NCBI RefSeq assembly: GCF_009914755.1
Contig: NC_060926.1
Reading direction: 5' to 3' (one strand)
Source of the DNA: the human T2T-CHM13v2.0 reference genome, Homo sapiens
Length of the DNA: 64,000 nt
Shown: positions 1 to 13,594 of the stretch, in pieces
How the letters are laid out: every line of letters starts with the position of its first letter
Position numbering within the stretch: the stretch's first letter is position 1
The notes under the pieces: model-generated
The model's database searches: none
What the model was told of the DNA's origin: nothing
The model's input: only the letters and a program-made list of their open reading frames with translations
Program-made: the position numbers and the translations under genes

Positions 1-2545
1 ATGGGCAAAAGCTGGAAGCATTCCTCTTGAAAACTGGCAGAAGAAAAGGATGTTCTCTCTTACTTCTCCTATTTAACATAGTATTGGAAGTTCTGGCCAG
101 GGCAATCAGGGAAAAGAAACAAATAAAGGGTATTCAAATAGGAAGACAGAGAAAAAAAATACGAAGAGAGGAAGTCAAATTATATTTGTTTGCAGATGAT
201 ATGATCTCATACATAGAAAACCCCACTGGCTCAGCCCAAAAGCTTCTTAAGCTGATAAGCAACTCCAGAAAAGTTTCAGCATACAAAATCAATGTGCAAA
301 ATTTGCTAGCATTTCTATACACCAACAACAGGCAAGCATAAAGCCAAATCATGAATGAGCTCCCATTCATAATTGCTACAAAGAGAATAAAACACCTAGG
401 AATACAGCTAAGAGGGGAAGTGAAGGACCTCTACAAGGAGAACTATAAACCATTGCTGCAAAAAATCAGACAGGACACAAACAAATGGAAAAGAAAATTC
501 CATGCTCATTCATAGAAAGAATAAATATCATGAAAATGGCCATAATTCCCAAAGTAATTTATAAGTTCAATGCTATTCCTATTAAACTACCATTGACATT
601 CTTCACAAAATTATAATAGAAGAAACTGTTTTAAAATCCATATGGAACCAATCAATAGTCCAAATATCAAAGACTGTCCTAATCAAAAACAGCAAACCTG
701 GAGGCATCATGCTCCTTGACTTCAAACTATACTACAAGGCTACAGTAACCATAACAGCATGGTACTGATACACAAACAGACACACAGACCCAATGGAACA
801 AAATAGAGAACTAGAATACAGAACGTAGAAATAAGACCGTTATATTAGTTCATTCTCATACTGATATAAAGAACTGCCCGAGACTCAGGAATGTATAATG
901 GAAGGAGGTTTAATTGATTCACAATTCTTCATGGCTGAGGAGGCCTCAGGAAACTTACAATAATATAAGGGGAAACAAACACGTCCTTCCTCACATGGCA
1001 ACATGACAAAGAAGTGCAGAATGAAGGGGGGAAAAGCTCCTTATGAAACCATCAGATCTCATGAGAATGCATGTACTGTCACAAGAACAGCATGGGGGAA
1101 CCACTCCCATTATCTAATAACCTCCCATGAGGTCACTTTCCCAATATATGGGACTAAAATACAGATTACAATTCAAGATGATATTTGTGTGGGGGCACAG
1201 AGCCAGACCATATCAACCACACACCTAGAACCATCTGATTATTGACAAACCTGAAAGAAACAAGCAATGGGGAAATAATTCCATATTTATTAAATGGTGC
1301 TGGGAGAACTGGCTAGCCATATGCAGAAAATTGAAACTGGACTGCTTCCTTACACCTTATACAAAAATTAACAAAAGATGGATTAAAGACTTAAATGTAA
1401 AACCCAAAAGTATAAAAACCATAGAAGAAAATCTAGGCAATACTATTCAGGATATAGGCACAGGCAGAGATTTCATTACAAAAACTCCAAAAGCAATAGC
1501 AAGGAAACAAAAAACTTGACAAATGGGATCTAATTAAACTAAAGAGCTTTTGCACAGCAAAAGAAACTATCATCAGAGTGAACAGACAACCTACAAAATG
1601 GAAGAAAAATTTTCCAATCTATTCACCTGACAAAGGCCTAATATCCAGAGTCTACAATGAACTTAAAGAAATTTACAAAAAAAAACCCCACAACTCCATT
1701 CAAAAGTGGGCAAATGACATGAACAGATGCTTCTCAAAAGAAGACATATATGCATCCAACAAACATATGGAAAAAAAAGCTCGACCTCACTAATCATTAG
1801 AGAAATGCAAATCAAAACCACAATGAGATGCCATCTCACACCAGTCAGAATGGCGATGATTAAGTCAAGAAACAACAGATACTGGCAAGGTTGCAGAGAA
1901 AAAAGAATGCTTTTACACTCTTGATGGGAGTGTAAATTAGTTGAATCATTGTGGAAGATATTGTGGCATTTCCTCAAACACCTAGAGGCAGAAATACCAT
2001 TTGACCCAGTAATCTCATTACTAGGTATATACCCAAAGGAATAGAAATCATTCTATTGTAAAGATACATCCATATGTATGTTCAATGCAGGACTATTCAC
2101 AATAGCAAAAACATGAAATCAACCTAAATGCCTACAATGATAGACTGAATAAAGAAAATGTGGTACATGTAAACCATGGAATACTATGCAGCCATAAAAA
2201 GGAACGAGATCATGTCATTTGCAGGGACATGGATGGAGCTGGAAGCTGTTATCCTAAGCAAACTAATGCAAGAACAGAAAACCAAACATCACATGTTCTC
2301 ACTTATAAGTGGGAGCTGAGTGATGAGAACACATGGACCCATGGAGGGGGGAACAACATACACTGGTGCCTGTCAGAGGGGGTGGGGAGAGGGAGGACAT
2401 CATAAAGAATAGCTAATGGATGCTGGGCTTAATACCTAGGTGATGGGTTGATCTGTGCAGCAAACCACCATGACACATGTTTACCTATGTAACAAACCTG
2501 CACATCCCCATGTGCACTCCATAATTTAATATAAAAGTTGAAGAA
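1..2545 (+). mobile_element. LINE-1 (L1PA15/16-like), decayed ORF2 from the RT domain onward plus 3'UTR; runs off the window start; interrupted by a THE1 LTR at 841-1215
   Basis: ORF 27-341 contains [15 protein letters not shown] and YLFADDMI (L1 RT). ORFs at 1331-1924 match the ORF2 C-terminus. The 3'UTR gaatagctaatggatgctgggcttaatacctaggtgatggg...aaaagttgaag precedes an A-rich tail. Many frameshifts and stops. Confidence 0.95.
841..1215 (-). mobile_element. THE1 (THE1D-like) MaLR solo LTR nested in L1
   Basis: Runs t(a)tattagtt...gcctcaggaaacttacaa...ccatcagatctcatgagaa...cagaccatatca. Degenerate 5-bp TSD accgt (836-840) / accac (1216-1220). L1 resumes in register after it. Confidence 0.92.
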
Positions 2546-2559
2546 AAACAAAGCAAAAA

Positions 2560-3340
2560 TGGGAATAAAATGTCTGGCGTTTAAACAAAAATTACCAGAT
2601 GGTCAGACACAAGAAGAGACGAGAAAATACAGCCTTGCAGAGGACAGAATCTAATCAATAGAAACTGGACCATAACTGACACGGAGAAAGTACACAAAGA
2701 CAATAAAACAATTATAACTATTTTAAATATGTTCAAGAAACTAAAGAAAAAAATAAGCAGGAAGATACAAAGAAGAAATTATTGGTCTTCTAGAGATGAA
2801 AACTATAATCCATGTAAAATATGCTAGATGGATTCACAGCAAATTAGAATTACAGAAGAAATGTTTGGTAAACTAGAAGACAAAGTAATTAAAAAAGGCT
2901 AAAAATAAACAGACTCAGTAAGCTGTGGAAAAACTCCAAACAACCTAAAACATGAGTAATTGGAGTCCCCTAAAGGAGAAAAGGAAGGGTAGAAAAAATA
3001 TCTTAAAATATAACAGCAAAAACATTTTAAATTATGATGAAAAATAAAAGTCCATAGATTCAAGAAACTCAACAAGTTCCAAGCACAAGAAACATGAAGA
3101 AAGATACATGAGGAACATGAAATTAAATTAATTAAAACTAGTGAAAAGAAGAAAATCTTAAATGCATCCAGAGAAAAAAAGAGAGGGGAAGACAGATAAG
3201 AATAATGGGAGTTTTCAAGTCAGGAAAAAAATAATGCAAGCAAGGAGACAGTGGAGAAACCTATTTAAGATACTAAAAGTAAAATAAAACTTTCAACCTA
3301 GAATTTTATGCCCAGTAAAAATACCTTTCAAAATAAAAAT
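2560..3340 (+). mobile_element. Old L1M ORF1-region fragment
   Basis: A-rich, with motifs gtaattggagtcccc, agattcaagaaactcaacaa and caacctagaattttatgcccagtaaaaatacctttcaaaa. Appears to resume briefly at ~4005-4040 after the nested L1MB. Confidence 0.7.
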
Positions 3341-3344
3341 GAAT

Positions 3345-3995
3345 AAATAGTTATGATAACGATCTAGCAATTCCAGTCTTAGATATATAATCAAGATAAA
3401 ATTTTAAAAATACATTCATTCAAAAATTTCTACACAGATGTCCATAGCAGCATTATTCAAAACAAATAAAAAGTAGAAACACCCCAAATACCCATCAACT
3501 GAAACTGAGTAAGGGATAAACAAAATGTGACATAGCCATATGATGGAATATTATTCAGTCATAAAAAAAGAAATGATACATGCTAAAACCTGGATGAATC
3601 TTTTTTTTTTTTTTTTTTTTGAGACAGAATCTTGCTCTGTCGCCCAGGCTTGAGTGAAAACCTCGATGAATCTTTAAATAAGAATGCTAAGTGAAAGCCA
3701 GTTACAAAAGACTGTATATTGAATAATTCCATTTATACAGAATTTCCAGAATAAGCAAACCTATTGAGGCAGAATATAGATTAGTGGTTTTCTAGACCTA
3801 GGAAAGGTTGCAAGGAATAAGGGAGTGACTGATAATGGATATGGGGTTTCTTTGGGGGGTAATAAAACTGTTCTAAAGCTGGTTGTGGTGATGGTTACAC
3901 AACTCTTTAAATATCCTAAAAAATCACTGAATTGTACACTTTAAATGGGTGAATTATATAGTATATGAGTTATACCTCATTACAGCTGTTAAAAA
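3345..3995 (+). mobile_element. L1MB (L1MB7/8-like) 3' end
   Basis: Contains gatctagcaattcc...gcagcattattca...ggagtgactgataatggatatggggtttctttgggg...cactgaattgtacactttaaatgggtgaatt, the L1MB 3'UTR signature. Confidence 0.85.
3601..3656 (-). mobile_element. Extremely 5'-truncated Alu (36 nt plus poly-A)
   Basis: T20 followed by gagacagaatcttgctctgtcgcccaggcttgagtg. Flanked by TSD aaaacctggatgaatc (3585-3600) / aaaacctcgatgaatc (3657-3672). Confidence 0.9.
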
Positions 3996-4062
3996 TAGAA
4001 TTTTTAAAGGGTAAAATAAAGACTTTTCATACATAACAAAAATAAATAAATAAAAATGCTTG

Positions 4063-4325
4063 GGCTGGGCATGGGGGCTATGCCTATAATCCCAATATTT
4101 GGGTGGCTGAAGTGGAAAGATTGCTTTGGCCAGGAGTTTGAGAACAGCCTAGACAACGTAGGGAGACCTCATCTCTACAAATAAAAAAATTAACTTGGTG
4201 TGGTGGTACATTCCTGTGGTCCCAGCTATTGTGGAGGCTGAGGTGGGAGAATCACTTGATGCTGGAAGGTCGAGCCTGCAGTGACAAAGTGAGACCCTAC
4301 CACAAAAAAAAAAAAGCAGCAACAA
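4063..4325 (+). mobile_element. AluJ-like element with a right-arm internal deletion
   Basis: Diverged dimeric Alu. The right arm reads ctgcagtga|caaagtgagacc (deletion at a gtga microhomology) and is followed by an A tail. Confidence 0.9.
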
Positions 4326-4329
4326 AAAT

Positions 4330-6528
4330 AAAAATAAATTCTTAATTACCGAAATATGCTATCATCTAAGCTTTTAATGAGTCATAATCTTTTCACTTGC
4401 AGAAGGTATTGCCTCAGTGTTGATGGCTGCTGACTCATCAAGATGGTGGTTGCTAAAGTTTAGGGCAGTTGTGACAATTTCTTAAGAAAAGACAACAATG
4501 AATTTGCTGCATTGACTGATTTTTCTCTGCCTTTCACAAAAGAAAGAGTAGTAGAGATTTCTCTGTACTATGAGATGTTGTTTGATAGCTTTTTATCCAG
4601 AGTAAAATGTCTTTCAAACTTGGAGTCAATCTTCTCAAATCCTGCCACTGCTTTATCATCAACTAAGTTTATGTACTATTCTAAATTCTTTGATGTCATT
4701 TCAACAATGTTCAGATCATCTTCACCAGGAGTATATTTTGAAACCACTTTCTCTGCTAATCCATCAAAAGCAACTCCTCATCTGCCCAAGCTTTATCATG
4801 AGATTGCAGCAACTCAGTCACATCCCAAGTTCGTTTCTAATTATAATTTTCTTGCTATTTCCACCAGATCTGCAGTTACTTCTTCCACTGAAGTCTTGAA
4901 TCCCTCAAAGTCATCCATGAGAGTTGATATCAACTTCTTCCAAACTATTATTAACCTCTCTGCCCATGGATCACACATGTTCTTAATGACATCCAAAATG
5001 GTAAATCCTTTCCCCAAAGATTTTCAATTAACTTTTCCAGATCAATCAGATACATCACTATCTATGGCAACTATAGGCTTACAAAACATATTTCTTAAGA
5101 AATAAGACTTGAAAGTCAAAATTAGTTCTTGATCCATGGAATATATAATGGACATTTCACTAGCAGGCATGAAAACAGTATTAATCTCCTTGTACGTCTC
5201 TATCAGCACAATCTTGAGTGACTAGGTGCATTGTCAATGTGCAATAATACATCGAAATGCATCTTTTTTACTGAGCACTAGGTCTCAAAACTGGGCTTAA
5301 ATTATTCAGTAAAGCATGCTATAAACAGATGTGTTGTCGTCCAAGCTTTATTATTCTATTTATAGAGCACAGGCTGAGTAGATTTCAAATAATCCTTAAG
5401 GCCCCTAGAATTTTTAGAATAGTAAATGATCATTGGCTTCAATTTACTGTCTCCAGCTTCATTAGCCACTAACAAGAGAAGATTTGAAGCCTCTCTCTGT
5501 GAAGCTTTGAAGCCAAGCATTGTTTTTTTCCTCTACAGCTATGGAAGTCCTAGATGACTTCTTTTTCCAATAAAAGGTTGTGTTGTCTACACTGAAAATC
5601 TGTTGTTTAGTGTAGTCACCTTGATCAATTGCCCTAGCTAGATCTTTTGGATAACCTGCTGCATTTCTACATCAGCACCTGCTGCCTCATCTTGCACTTT
5701 TATATTATAGAGATGCATTATTTCCTCAAACTTCATAAACCAACTTCTGCTGGCTTTAAACTTTTCTTCTATAGCTTTCTCACCACTCTCAGACTTCATA
5801 GGATTGAAAAAATTAGTGCCTTGCTCTGGATTAGGTTTTGGCTTAAGAGAATGTTGTCGCTGGTTTGATCTTCCATCCAGACCACTAAAACCTTCTCACT
5901 ATAAGTAGTAAAGCTATTTTGTTTTCTTATAATTTGTGTGTTAACTGGAGTAGTACTATTAATCTCCCTTAATAAGTTTTTCTTTGCTTTTGCAACTTGG
6001 CTAACTGGTGCAAGAGACCTAGCTTTGGAGCTGTCTCTGCTTTCTACATAACTTCCTCACTAAGCTTAATCATTTCTGGGTTTTGATTTAAAATGAGAGC
6101 CATGAGGCTCTTCCTTTCACTTCAACACTAGTGGCCATTGCATGGTTGTTAATTGATATAATTTCAATATTTTTACATCTCAGGCAACAGGAAAGCCTGA
6201 GGAAAGGGAGAGAGACAGTGAGACACATGGTTGGTGGAGCAGTTAGAACACACACAACATTGATTCAACTTATCATCCTATATGGTTTGTGGTGTTACAA
6301 AACAATTACAAGAGTAACATGAAAAATCATTGATCACAAATCACCATAACAGATCCAATACAAATTACCAAAATGTGACACAGAGACATGAAATAAGCAC
6401 ATGCTATTAGAAAAAAATGGCACTGATAGAGTTGCTTGATGCAGCATTGCCACAAAACTTCAATTTGTAACTAATGCAATATCTGCAAAGCACAATAAAG
6501 TGGAGTGCAATAAAATGAGGTATGTCTG
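4330..6528 (-). mobile_element. Tigger1 (TcMar-Tigger/pogo) DNA transposon, nearly complete, with a disrupted transposase and about 0.2 kb of the 3' terminus missing
   Basis: The right end gcaataaaatgaggtatgtctg followed by TA is the Tigger1 terminus. A minus-strand ATG at 6138 begins a decayed transposase (CENP-B-type HTH plus DDE) with frameshifts. Confidence 0.93.
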
Positions 6529-6551
6529 TATATAAATATTTACAGAGAGTT

Positions 6552-6555
<4 letters not shown>

Positions 6556-6589
<34 letters not shown>
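6556..6589. repeat. (GA)n microsatellite
   Basis: About 17 perfect AG units. Confidence 0.98.
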
Positions 6590-6591
<2 letters not shown>

Positions 6592-7279
6592 AACTATAGC
6601 TCCCACACAAAAGTAGTAAACAATACAGGTTCTCAACCCAATAATTTATTGAACTTAGTTATTACTAGTTTGCCTCCCATGGCAAAACTGTCCTTCAGTC
6701 TGCATTTTGCTTGATAACATTTGCATTTTATCAAAATCCTCCACAGAATATTTTTAATCAGTTTTCCTAGAAATAAATTGATTTTGCCCTTTTACAACCA
6801 GTCTCTTCATTGTTTGCTTGTAGGCACATGATTTTTTCTGACTATATTCTCCAAGTGTGTGAGGTATAATGTTACTCTAAATCAACATTTTCAACAAAAA
6901 GCTACAGCAGCCTTTTACTGTAGCTCCAAGTGTTAGCTCCCCATAATTTGGCTGATTGGAAAATGTACCACCTTGCTCATTCCAAAATATATTTCACTAG
7001 TGTGCAATATACTTTGTCTTCTACAATGTGAAATAAAGAAATTGATATGAAACAAAATGAAGCTCTTACATCCAGAATAGAACAGCAAAATAAATGTAAT
7101 TCCAGGTGGAATTTGCACACATAAAATAGTCATATGTTTTTACAGTGAAGAGAAAAAGGTTTTTTGAAAAAAAAGTTACTTGATATTGACAGGATTGCTA
7201 GCATGATCTCTAAAAACTACTGCAACATTACTTCCTGATCTTTATGTTAATAATGAGGTGATTTATTAACTTAAAATAT

Positions 7280-7500
7280 ATATATTAAATTATTTTCATA
7301 TGCCAAGCTTTATTTTTGATAGCAGGTCATACAGCAGTGAACATAACACGCACACACACAAACAACTCTATTTTTTCATGGAAAGTAAAAACCACTAAAT
7401 AATTTAAAGATAACTATGAGTAAGAAAAAATAGAAGTTGGGATTAAGTTTAAAATTTTTAATCAACAAGGTGGAACTCACACTAGAAACTGACATTTGAA
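7280..7500 (-). mobile_element. L2 fragment
   Basis: Diverged match to the antisense L2 3' region (tatgccaagc...atacagcagtgaaca...tgacatttga). Confidence 0.45.
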
Positions 7501-8207
7501 ACTTCTGGGTAAATTCTTCTGCAAAACATTGTTTCTAAAGTCAGATTAAGCCACCCTATGTACATAGAGAGCAGACAGTTCATTTAAAATGAATTACAAC
7601 AAAAGTCATATTATAACATCCAGGACAAAGCTCTATCTTTTAAGACTATTTTAAAATTAAGGCACTAGTACTATTGGCTATTCTCTTTTTTCATTGATTT
7701 TTTTTTCTCAGAAAAATACCTAACAATAATTGAGGGTAAATTATTTCCATTTCTTATTACAATCTGGGAATACAGATCTAGTTTATATTAAAAAAGGTAA
7801 TCTGAGAAACAAATGTTTATTATCATCATCATGAAGACCCAGCTTTGGGGTCAAATCTAGTCTTAAGGCTAGAGGATAAGGAGCCAGAACTGGATCTCTA
7901 AGAGAATTAGAGGACTTGGAGGGCCAAACGTGGCAGGAGGTCTCATTCTGGTTATCCTGCCACTAAAATATGCCATAAATATTGAAAAGGGGAGTTGATT
8001 TGAACTGCTGTTCATGCACACATTTTGGGTCAGAAAAAGTTGTTGAGCAGACATCAGGTAAAGTCAAATTGATAGCTAATCCAAAGATGAGATGCAATAA
8101 ACCTGAAGAACAAGCAATATGAAACATTTTCTTCCCAATTTACATCAGTTGTAATCTAGCATAGGATTTCATATAGTAAATAAAGTGTAAAATAAAGCAC
8201 TGCTTTC

Positions 8208-8360
8208 TTTTATTATTTTTTGGAGATAGAATCTCACTCTGTCATGCAACCTGGACACGATCATAGCTCAGTGCAGCCTCAAACTCCAGGCATTGAGCAA
8301 TCCTCCCACCTTGACCGCCTAAAGTGCTTGGATTGTAGGTATGAGCCACCACTCCCAGCC
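8208..8360 (-). mobile_element. Monomeric Alu (FRAM-like, or a recombined AluJ monomer)
   Basis: T-rich tail and a single Alu monomer ending actcccagcc. TSD agcactgctttctt (8196-8209) / agcaatgccttctt (8361-8374). Confidence 0.85.
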
Positions 8361-8959
8361 AGCAATGCCTTCTTGATGTCCAACCTAATCAATAGGAAGC
8401 TCTCAATTGCCTCCTGAGCCTCCTCTCTCTTTCTCATGAAACTGCCCTGCACCCAGCCACTTAAATATGTTGACAAATTAACAGATTTGAGGACTTTTAC
8501 TTCTGTCCCTCAGGGTTCTGTCTCTCAGGAGCAAGAATGTGAGCTAAGTGAATTGGGCTTCCCACATGTTCATCTCCAACCCAACACCTGTCAGCAAACA
8601 CCTGATAATAATGTTCCTCTATGAGTTGCTTCTTCCCATTCCAGCCTCATAATCTGGTCTTTCTATGATCAGATGGAAGCTCCTTGGAGATCTGAAATTG
8701 AAGAGGGATGTGCAAAGGCAAATGGGAAGGATGAGAATGTTGAACTGCTTATAGCAATGAGGTGTCACCTGATCAGCTTTTCCCTTTGGCAGAAAAACTC
8801 TTCAGATAACTGTTGACTTTATGAGAATGAAGGAGAAATTATAGTTCATTTAGTCAATATGGCACAAGGGCTGAAAGCAAATTTTCTTCTTTTAGATTCT
8901 CTAGCCTTTCCCTCAATAGTCAAAGTTGACAGGCTCTACCATTATACAATAATTTTTTT

Positions 8960-9415
8960 CTAAAAATCCCGGTTGACATTTGTTAATCTTACTTGAGTAG
9001 CTTCCCTTCCTTTAGGAAATTCTTTTCACAGACTACATGTGGTCCCAGTGGGCTCACCGATGACAATGTTTTGCTAACCTTGTCACAACATGGCATAAGC
9101 CAGGTCGATCATTGACCTTTCCGGATATCTGATAAATAGATGCTGTAGGACAGTCCCGTTGTTCTGTATTCATATATGCCTAGAACAGTCTATGGCTATT
9201 TCCACAAAATGGGGGAAAATTCATCAGGAATTGTGGAAAATGAGGTCCATATACAAGAATTGAGTTGAAAAATTAACAAGAGTCCTGAGAGTCTCTAGAA
9301 AAGGTAAGACCAGGTCAAAAAACTGTTATATTTGATTATTTTTTCTTGTGTCTTTGTCCTCTAAAGTGGTTTGAGTTGGGACTACTGCTTTCACCATCCA
9401 CATAAAATATTGTGG
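8960..9415 (+). mobile_element. Possible ancient ERVL/MaLR-type LTR remnant
   Basis: The end ctaaagtggtttgagttggg...tcac resembles LTR16/MLT1 3' ends. Very diverged. Confidence 0.3.
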
Positions 9416-11079
9416 CTAATGTAGTTAGTTGATTTCTAAAAGACTTAATTTGGAATCTGAAAATCCATTTAAGAGTACCAAATCAACAGCAATTTATGAT
9501 GTGTAAAGATGCATATGGTAGAGTAGTTAGAGAACTAGAGGAGTGACCACAGACACAATTATGCTATAACATACCATCTTTAAGTGAAGCCTGCCTTGAC
9601 TCTGTAGAATCTGCTAAGTGGGAGTGTACCTGCTTGTTGAGACTGATATATTTTCACAATAGGACAGCAGCAAAACTAGGATCATCCCCCAAAGCCTTCT
9701 AAGAATGAGTTCTCATGTTTCTGTGATCTGAGACACTGGACCATAGAATGCTGATTCTGGTCATTGCAACTGTTTTTAATCTGCCTCTATTGAAACTGTG
9801 TGGAAACATACCATAAAGCTAAAAAAGCACATCGATGACACAGTACTGTTTTGCTACTTGTGCATGCAAGGATTAATATTTACTGGCTTGGCACATTATG
9901 CACAAGAGAAATTTTAATTCTGGGAAATCTGCTCCTTGCTAACAAATTTAACTTTAATTTGAAATCTAATATTAGAGACTTACCACCTGAAATTTGTAGT
10001 TGACTTTCTGCTAGATTACTTAACATTATGTATGAAAAATTAAATATCTCTTATATTTCTTGACTTTTAGTTTAGTTTCTGACTTTTTAGATGATGTTTA
10101 AGTTATTGAAGCATGTTAATAGAGTTAGGTTTTTTCTTAGTCTGCATTCCATCTTAAAATTCCTAAGAATCCCTAAACGATTTTTAATACTTGTGTACTT
10201 TAATGTTCACTATTTCTGTGTACAGTATTTTAAGATAAATGTTAAGGTACAGATAGGATTATCTATTTGAATTAGAACAATACTTTTTAAAAACCTGTAA
10301 TATAGAAAAGTTAACTTCTATCTGGTTGCAATGCCAGAAAATAGTAAGTTGAGATTAGAACCAATGTATATCTGATGTGCTGCTGCTTTGGAACACATAA
10401 CTTGTGGGCTTTTTTAGGTTCTCTTGAATCTTGAATGCTTCCTGCTTTCTTTATCTTGGAAAAGGCACACCATACTGTACCACCTCTCTACTTCGATATG
10501 TAAAGTAATCTGTACACAATCAGGTGTAGGTCCTGGCTTTCTGAATGTTGCTAGGGGCTGGATTCTGCAAACCAGAAGTGTGTGAATGTTTTTCTAGATA
10601 GGCCACATTTTTATCAACAAGAAATAGGAGAGAGGTAGGCAAAAAAAAAAAATTCCCTTTACTCTGTCCTTTGTGGACTATGAAAGGTTAAAGACTTTTC
10701 TTGCAATACTCTGGACAATAGCACATGCAGGAAAAACAGATCTGCTCTGTCTCCTTATGGCTCTTCGTAAAGTAATTTGCCAGCATAGTAATGCATTGCA
10801 TCACGTTCCAATTGTATTACTGCCTGCTTAGTTTTACTTCTTATTTCACCTTCATGACCTTGGGCTTTTATTTTCCACTCCAAAAAAAAAAAAAAAAAAT
10901 TGCTGGCAAGCAATCCTTGCCTCATGCTCTGCTTTCTAAAGAAGGTAGGATTAGACAATGTCTAAGTCTTTAATCACTGGGACTTCAACCCAACTAATGG
11001 AATCAAAATATTACCTAGGGTTTTGTCATCATTATAGTTTTGGAATTACAAAAAAATGTTATTTTATAATTAACACCTT

Positions 11080-11118
11080 TGTGTGTGTGTGTGTGCATGC
11101 ATGTGTGTGAATGTGTGT
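11080..11118. repeat. Imperfect (TG)n
   Basis: tgtgtgtgtgtgtgtgcatgcatgtgtgtgaatgtgtg. Confidence 0.85.
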
Positions 11119-11794
11119 AGGAAGAGGGAGAAAAAGTGTTTTGATTCCTGATGACTACATATATAGCAAATACAATTCTACAGAGATACAGAGACATAGT
11201 AATAGCTGGGGCAATGTTTTTATTTCTAATATGTAGAAATTAAATTGTACTGGTTGCACTCTAAAAAAGCAGAATATAGCATCTTCTGAAATTAATGTAT
11301 ATGGTTAAATCTTCCAAATTCTATAACATTTCTAGCTATGTAAGGGAAACTCTATTTTCACCCCCAGTGCATTATGATTTATCTTAATTCTGCATCTAAG
11401 TAAAAGAACTGAAGCTGCAATCAAACACAGGTTTGGCTGCTGGCCACTTGCAAAGCCTAATAAGAATGAGGTGTGGTGAATGGAAAGTGACTTTATTCCA
11501 GAGCTAGCAGTGGGGAAATGGCCAAGGCTTCATTCCTTAAGGAAACTAGTTCAACTTTTTGACAAAATGCAAGGGCTTAAGAAGGAGAGCTTCATATGAC
11601 GGTCATGCAGGAGGGGTGAGAGGGTGCGGATCTATGTGACTTGTTGTGATTACTTGAGTTATTGTAACATCTGGTGAATGGACTGGCACCATCCCAGGCA
11701 CAATAGGGGGGTAAATTAACTGTAGGCTTCAGGTGATCTCCTGGTGGGGAAGAATTCCTGATGTGCCTAGATTGTTTCAGGAATAAGTTCCTGG

Positions 11795-12040
11795 GGCTGG
11801 GTGCAGTGACTCATGCCTGTAATCCCAGCACTTTGGGAAGCTGAGGCAGGTGGATTGCTTGAGGCCAGGAGTTCGAGACCAGCGTGGCCAACATGGTGAA
11901 ACCCCATCTCTATTAAAAACACAAAATTAGTTGGGCATGGTGGCACACGCCTGTAATCCCAGCTACTTGAGAGGCTCTGGTCTTTTACACAGAGCAACAC
12001 TGTGTAAAAAAAAAAAAAAAAAAAAAAGAAAACCAAAACC
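11795..12040 (+). mobile_element. AluS-like element with most of the right arm deleted
   Basis: Full left arm. The right arm breaks at gagaggct, then filler ctggtctttt, then acagagcaacac and a long poly-A. Degenerate TSD taagttcctgg / taagtccctag. Confidence 0.92.
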
Positions 12041-12057
12041 CATTAAGTCCCTAGAAT

Positions 12058-12817
12058 TGATACAGGAGCGGGGCAGTGAAGTGCTGGGTAGAGAGGGGCA
12101 GGGTCCCTGGCTGGGGCTTCACCCTTGAATCTGTGCCCATGGACCTAAATGAGGACAAGCATTTCTGTTTTTGCACCCAAAAAGTTGCCTTTTGGCCCAC
12201 CACACCACCCATCCTGTGCCCATAAAAACCCAAGGCACTGGCAGGCACAGACACAAGGGGATGGACAACAAGAGGAGCAGAGGAACATACCCATAGACAC
12301 AAGCAGAAGCCAGCAGGCCATCCGTGGCGGGAGGATGCAGAAATCAGCCTGGGCAGTCAGAGGAGGATCTCCAGGGGAAGACCACCTTCCCACTCCATCC
12401 CCCTTCGGCTGCCCATCTACCTCGATGAGTGCTACCTTCACCACTTAATAAAACCTTGCACTCATCCTCCAAGCCCACGTGCGATCTTATTTTTTTGGTA
12501 CACAAGGGTAAGAACCCAGGATACAGAAAGTCTTCCGTCCTTGTGATAAGGCTGGGGGTATAACTGAGCTGATTAATACAACTGCCTGCAGACAGCAAAG
12601 GTGAAAGAGCACACTGTGAATGCACACCCAGTGGGGCCTCAGGACCTGTAAACACTCAACCCTAGAGGCAGCTGCGGGGTTGGAGCCCAAAAACACTCCC
12701 TATGACCTGCACATCTGCGTGCTTCCCCTACGGGTTTAAGCAGCAGGACACTGAAGAAGCGAGCCACCCCCCTGTTGCACACTCTGCAAGGGGGATAAGG
12801 GAACTTCTTCTGTTTCA
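12058..12817 (+). mobile_element. LTR1-family (HUERS-P2, ERV1) solo LTR
   Basis: Runs tgatacaggagcggggcagtgaagtgctgggtagag...cccataaaaaccc (TATA-like)...aataaaaccttgcactcatcctccaagccc...ctgtttca. 4-bp TSD gaat/gaac. Confidence 0.85.
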
Positions 12818-12935
12818 GAACTTCTAAGCAAGAATTTCAATAGATAAGGGAAACTGCAAGGGAGTGAGGTGGAAAAAAGAGAGCAAAGGTTACCACTTCA
12901 TTATTAAGAAGCTAAACATGAAATAAGCAAGAAGG

Positions 12936-13594
<659 letters not shown>

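Noticed and set aside
27-2405. ORFs with RT-like motifs (FADD) as a novel reverse-transcriptase system
   Set aside because: They are frameshifted pieces of ordinary LINE-1 ORF2.
9102-9118. aggtcg-atcat-tgacct as an estrogen response element
   Set aside because: The spacer is 5 nt rather than 3, and one half-site is imperfect.
12051-12696. Cluster of overlapping ORFs on both strands
   Set aside because: They lie within the GC-richer LTR1, where stop codons are rarer, and show no protein resemblance.
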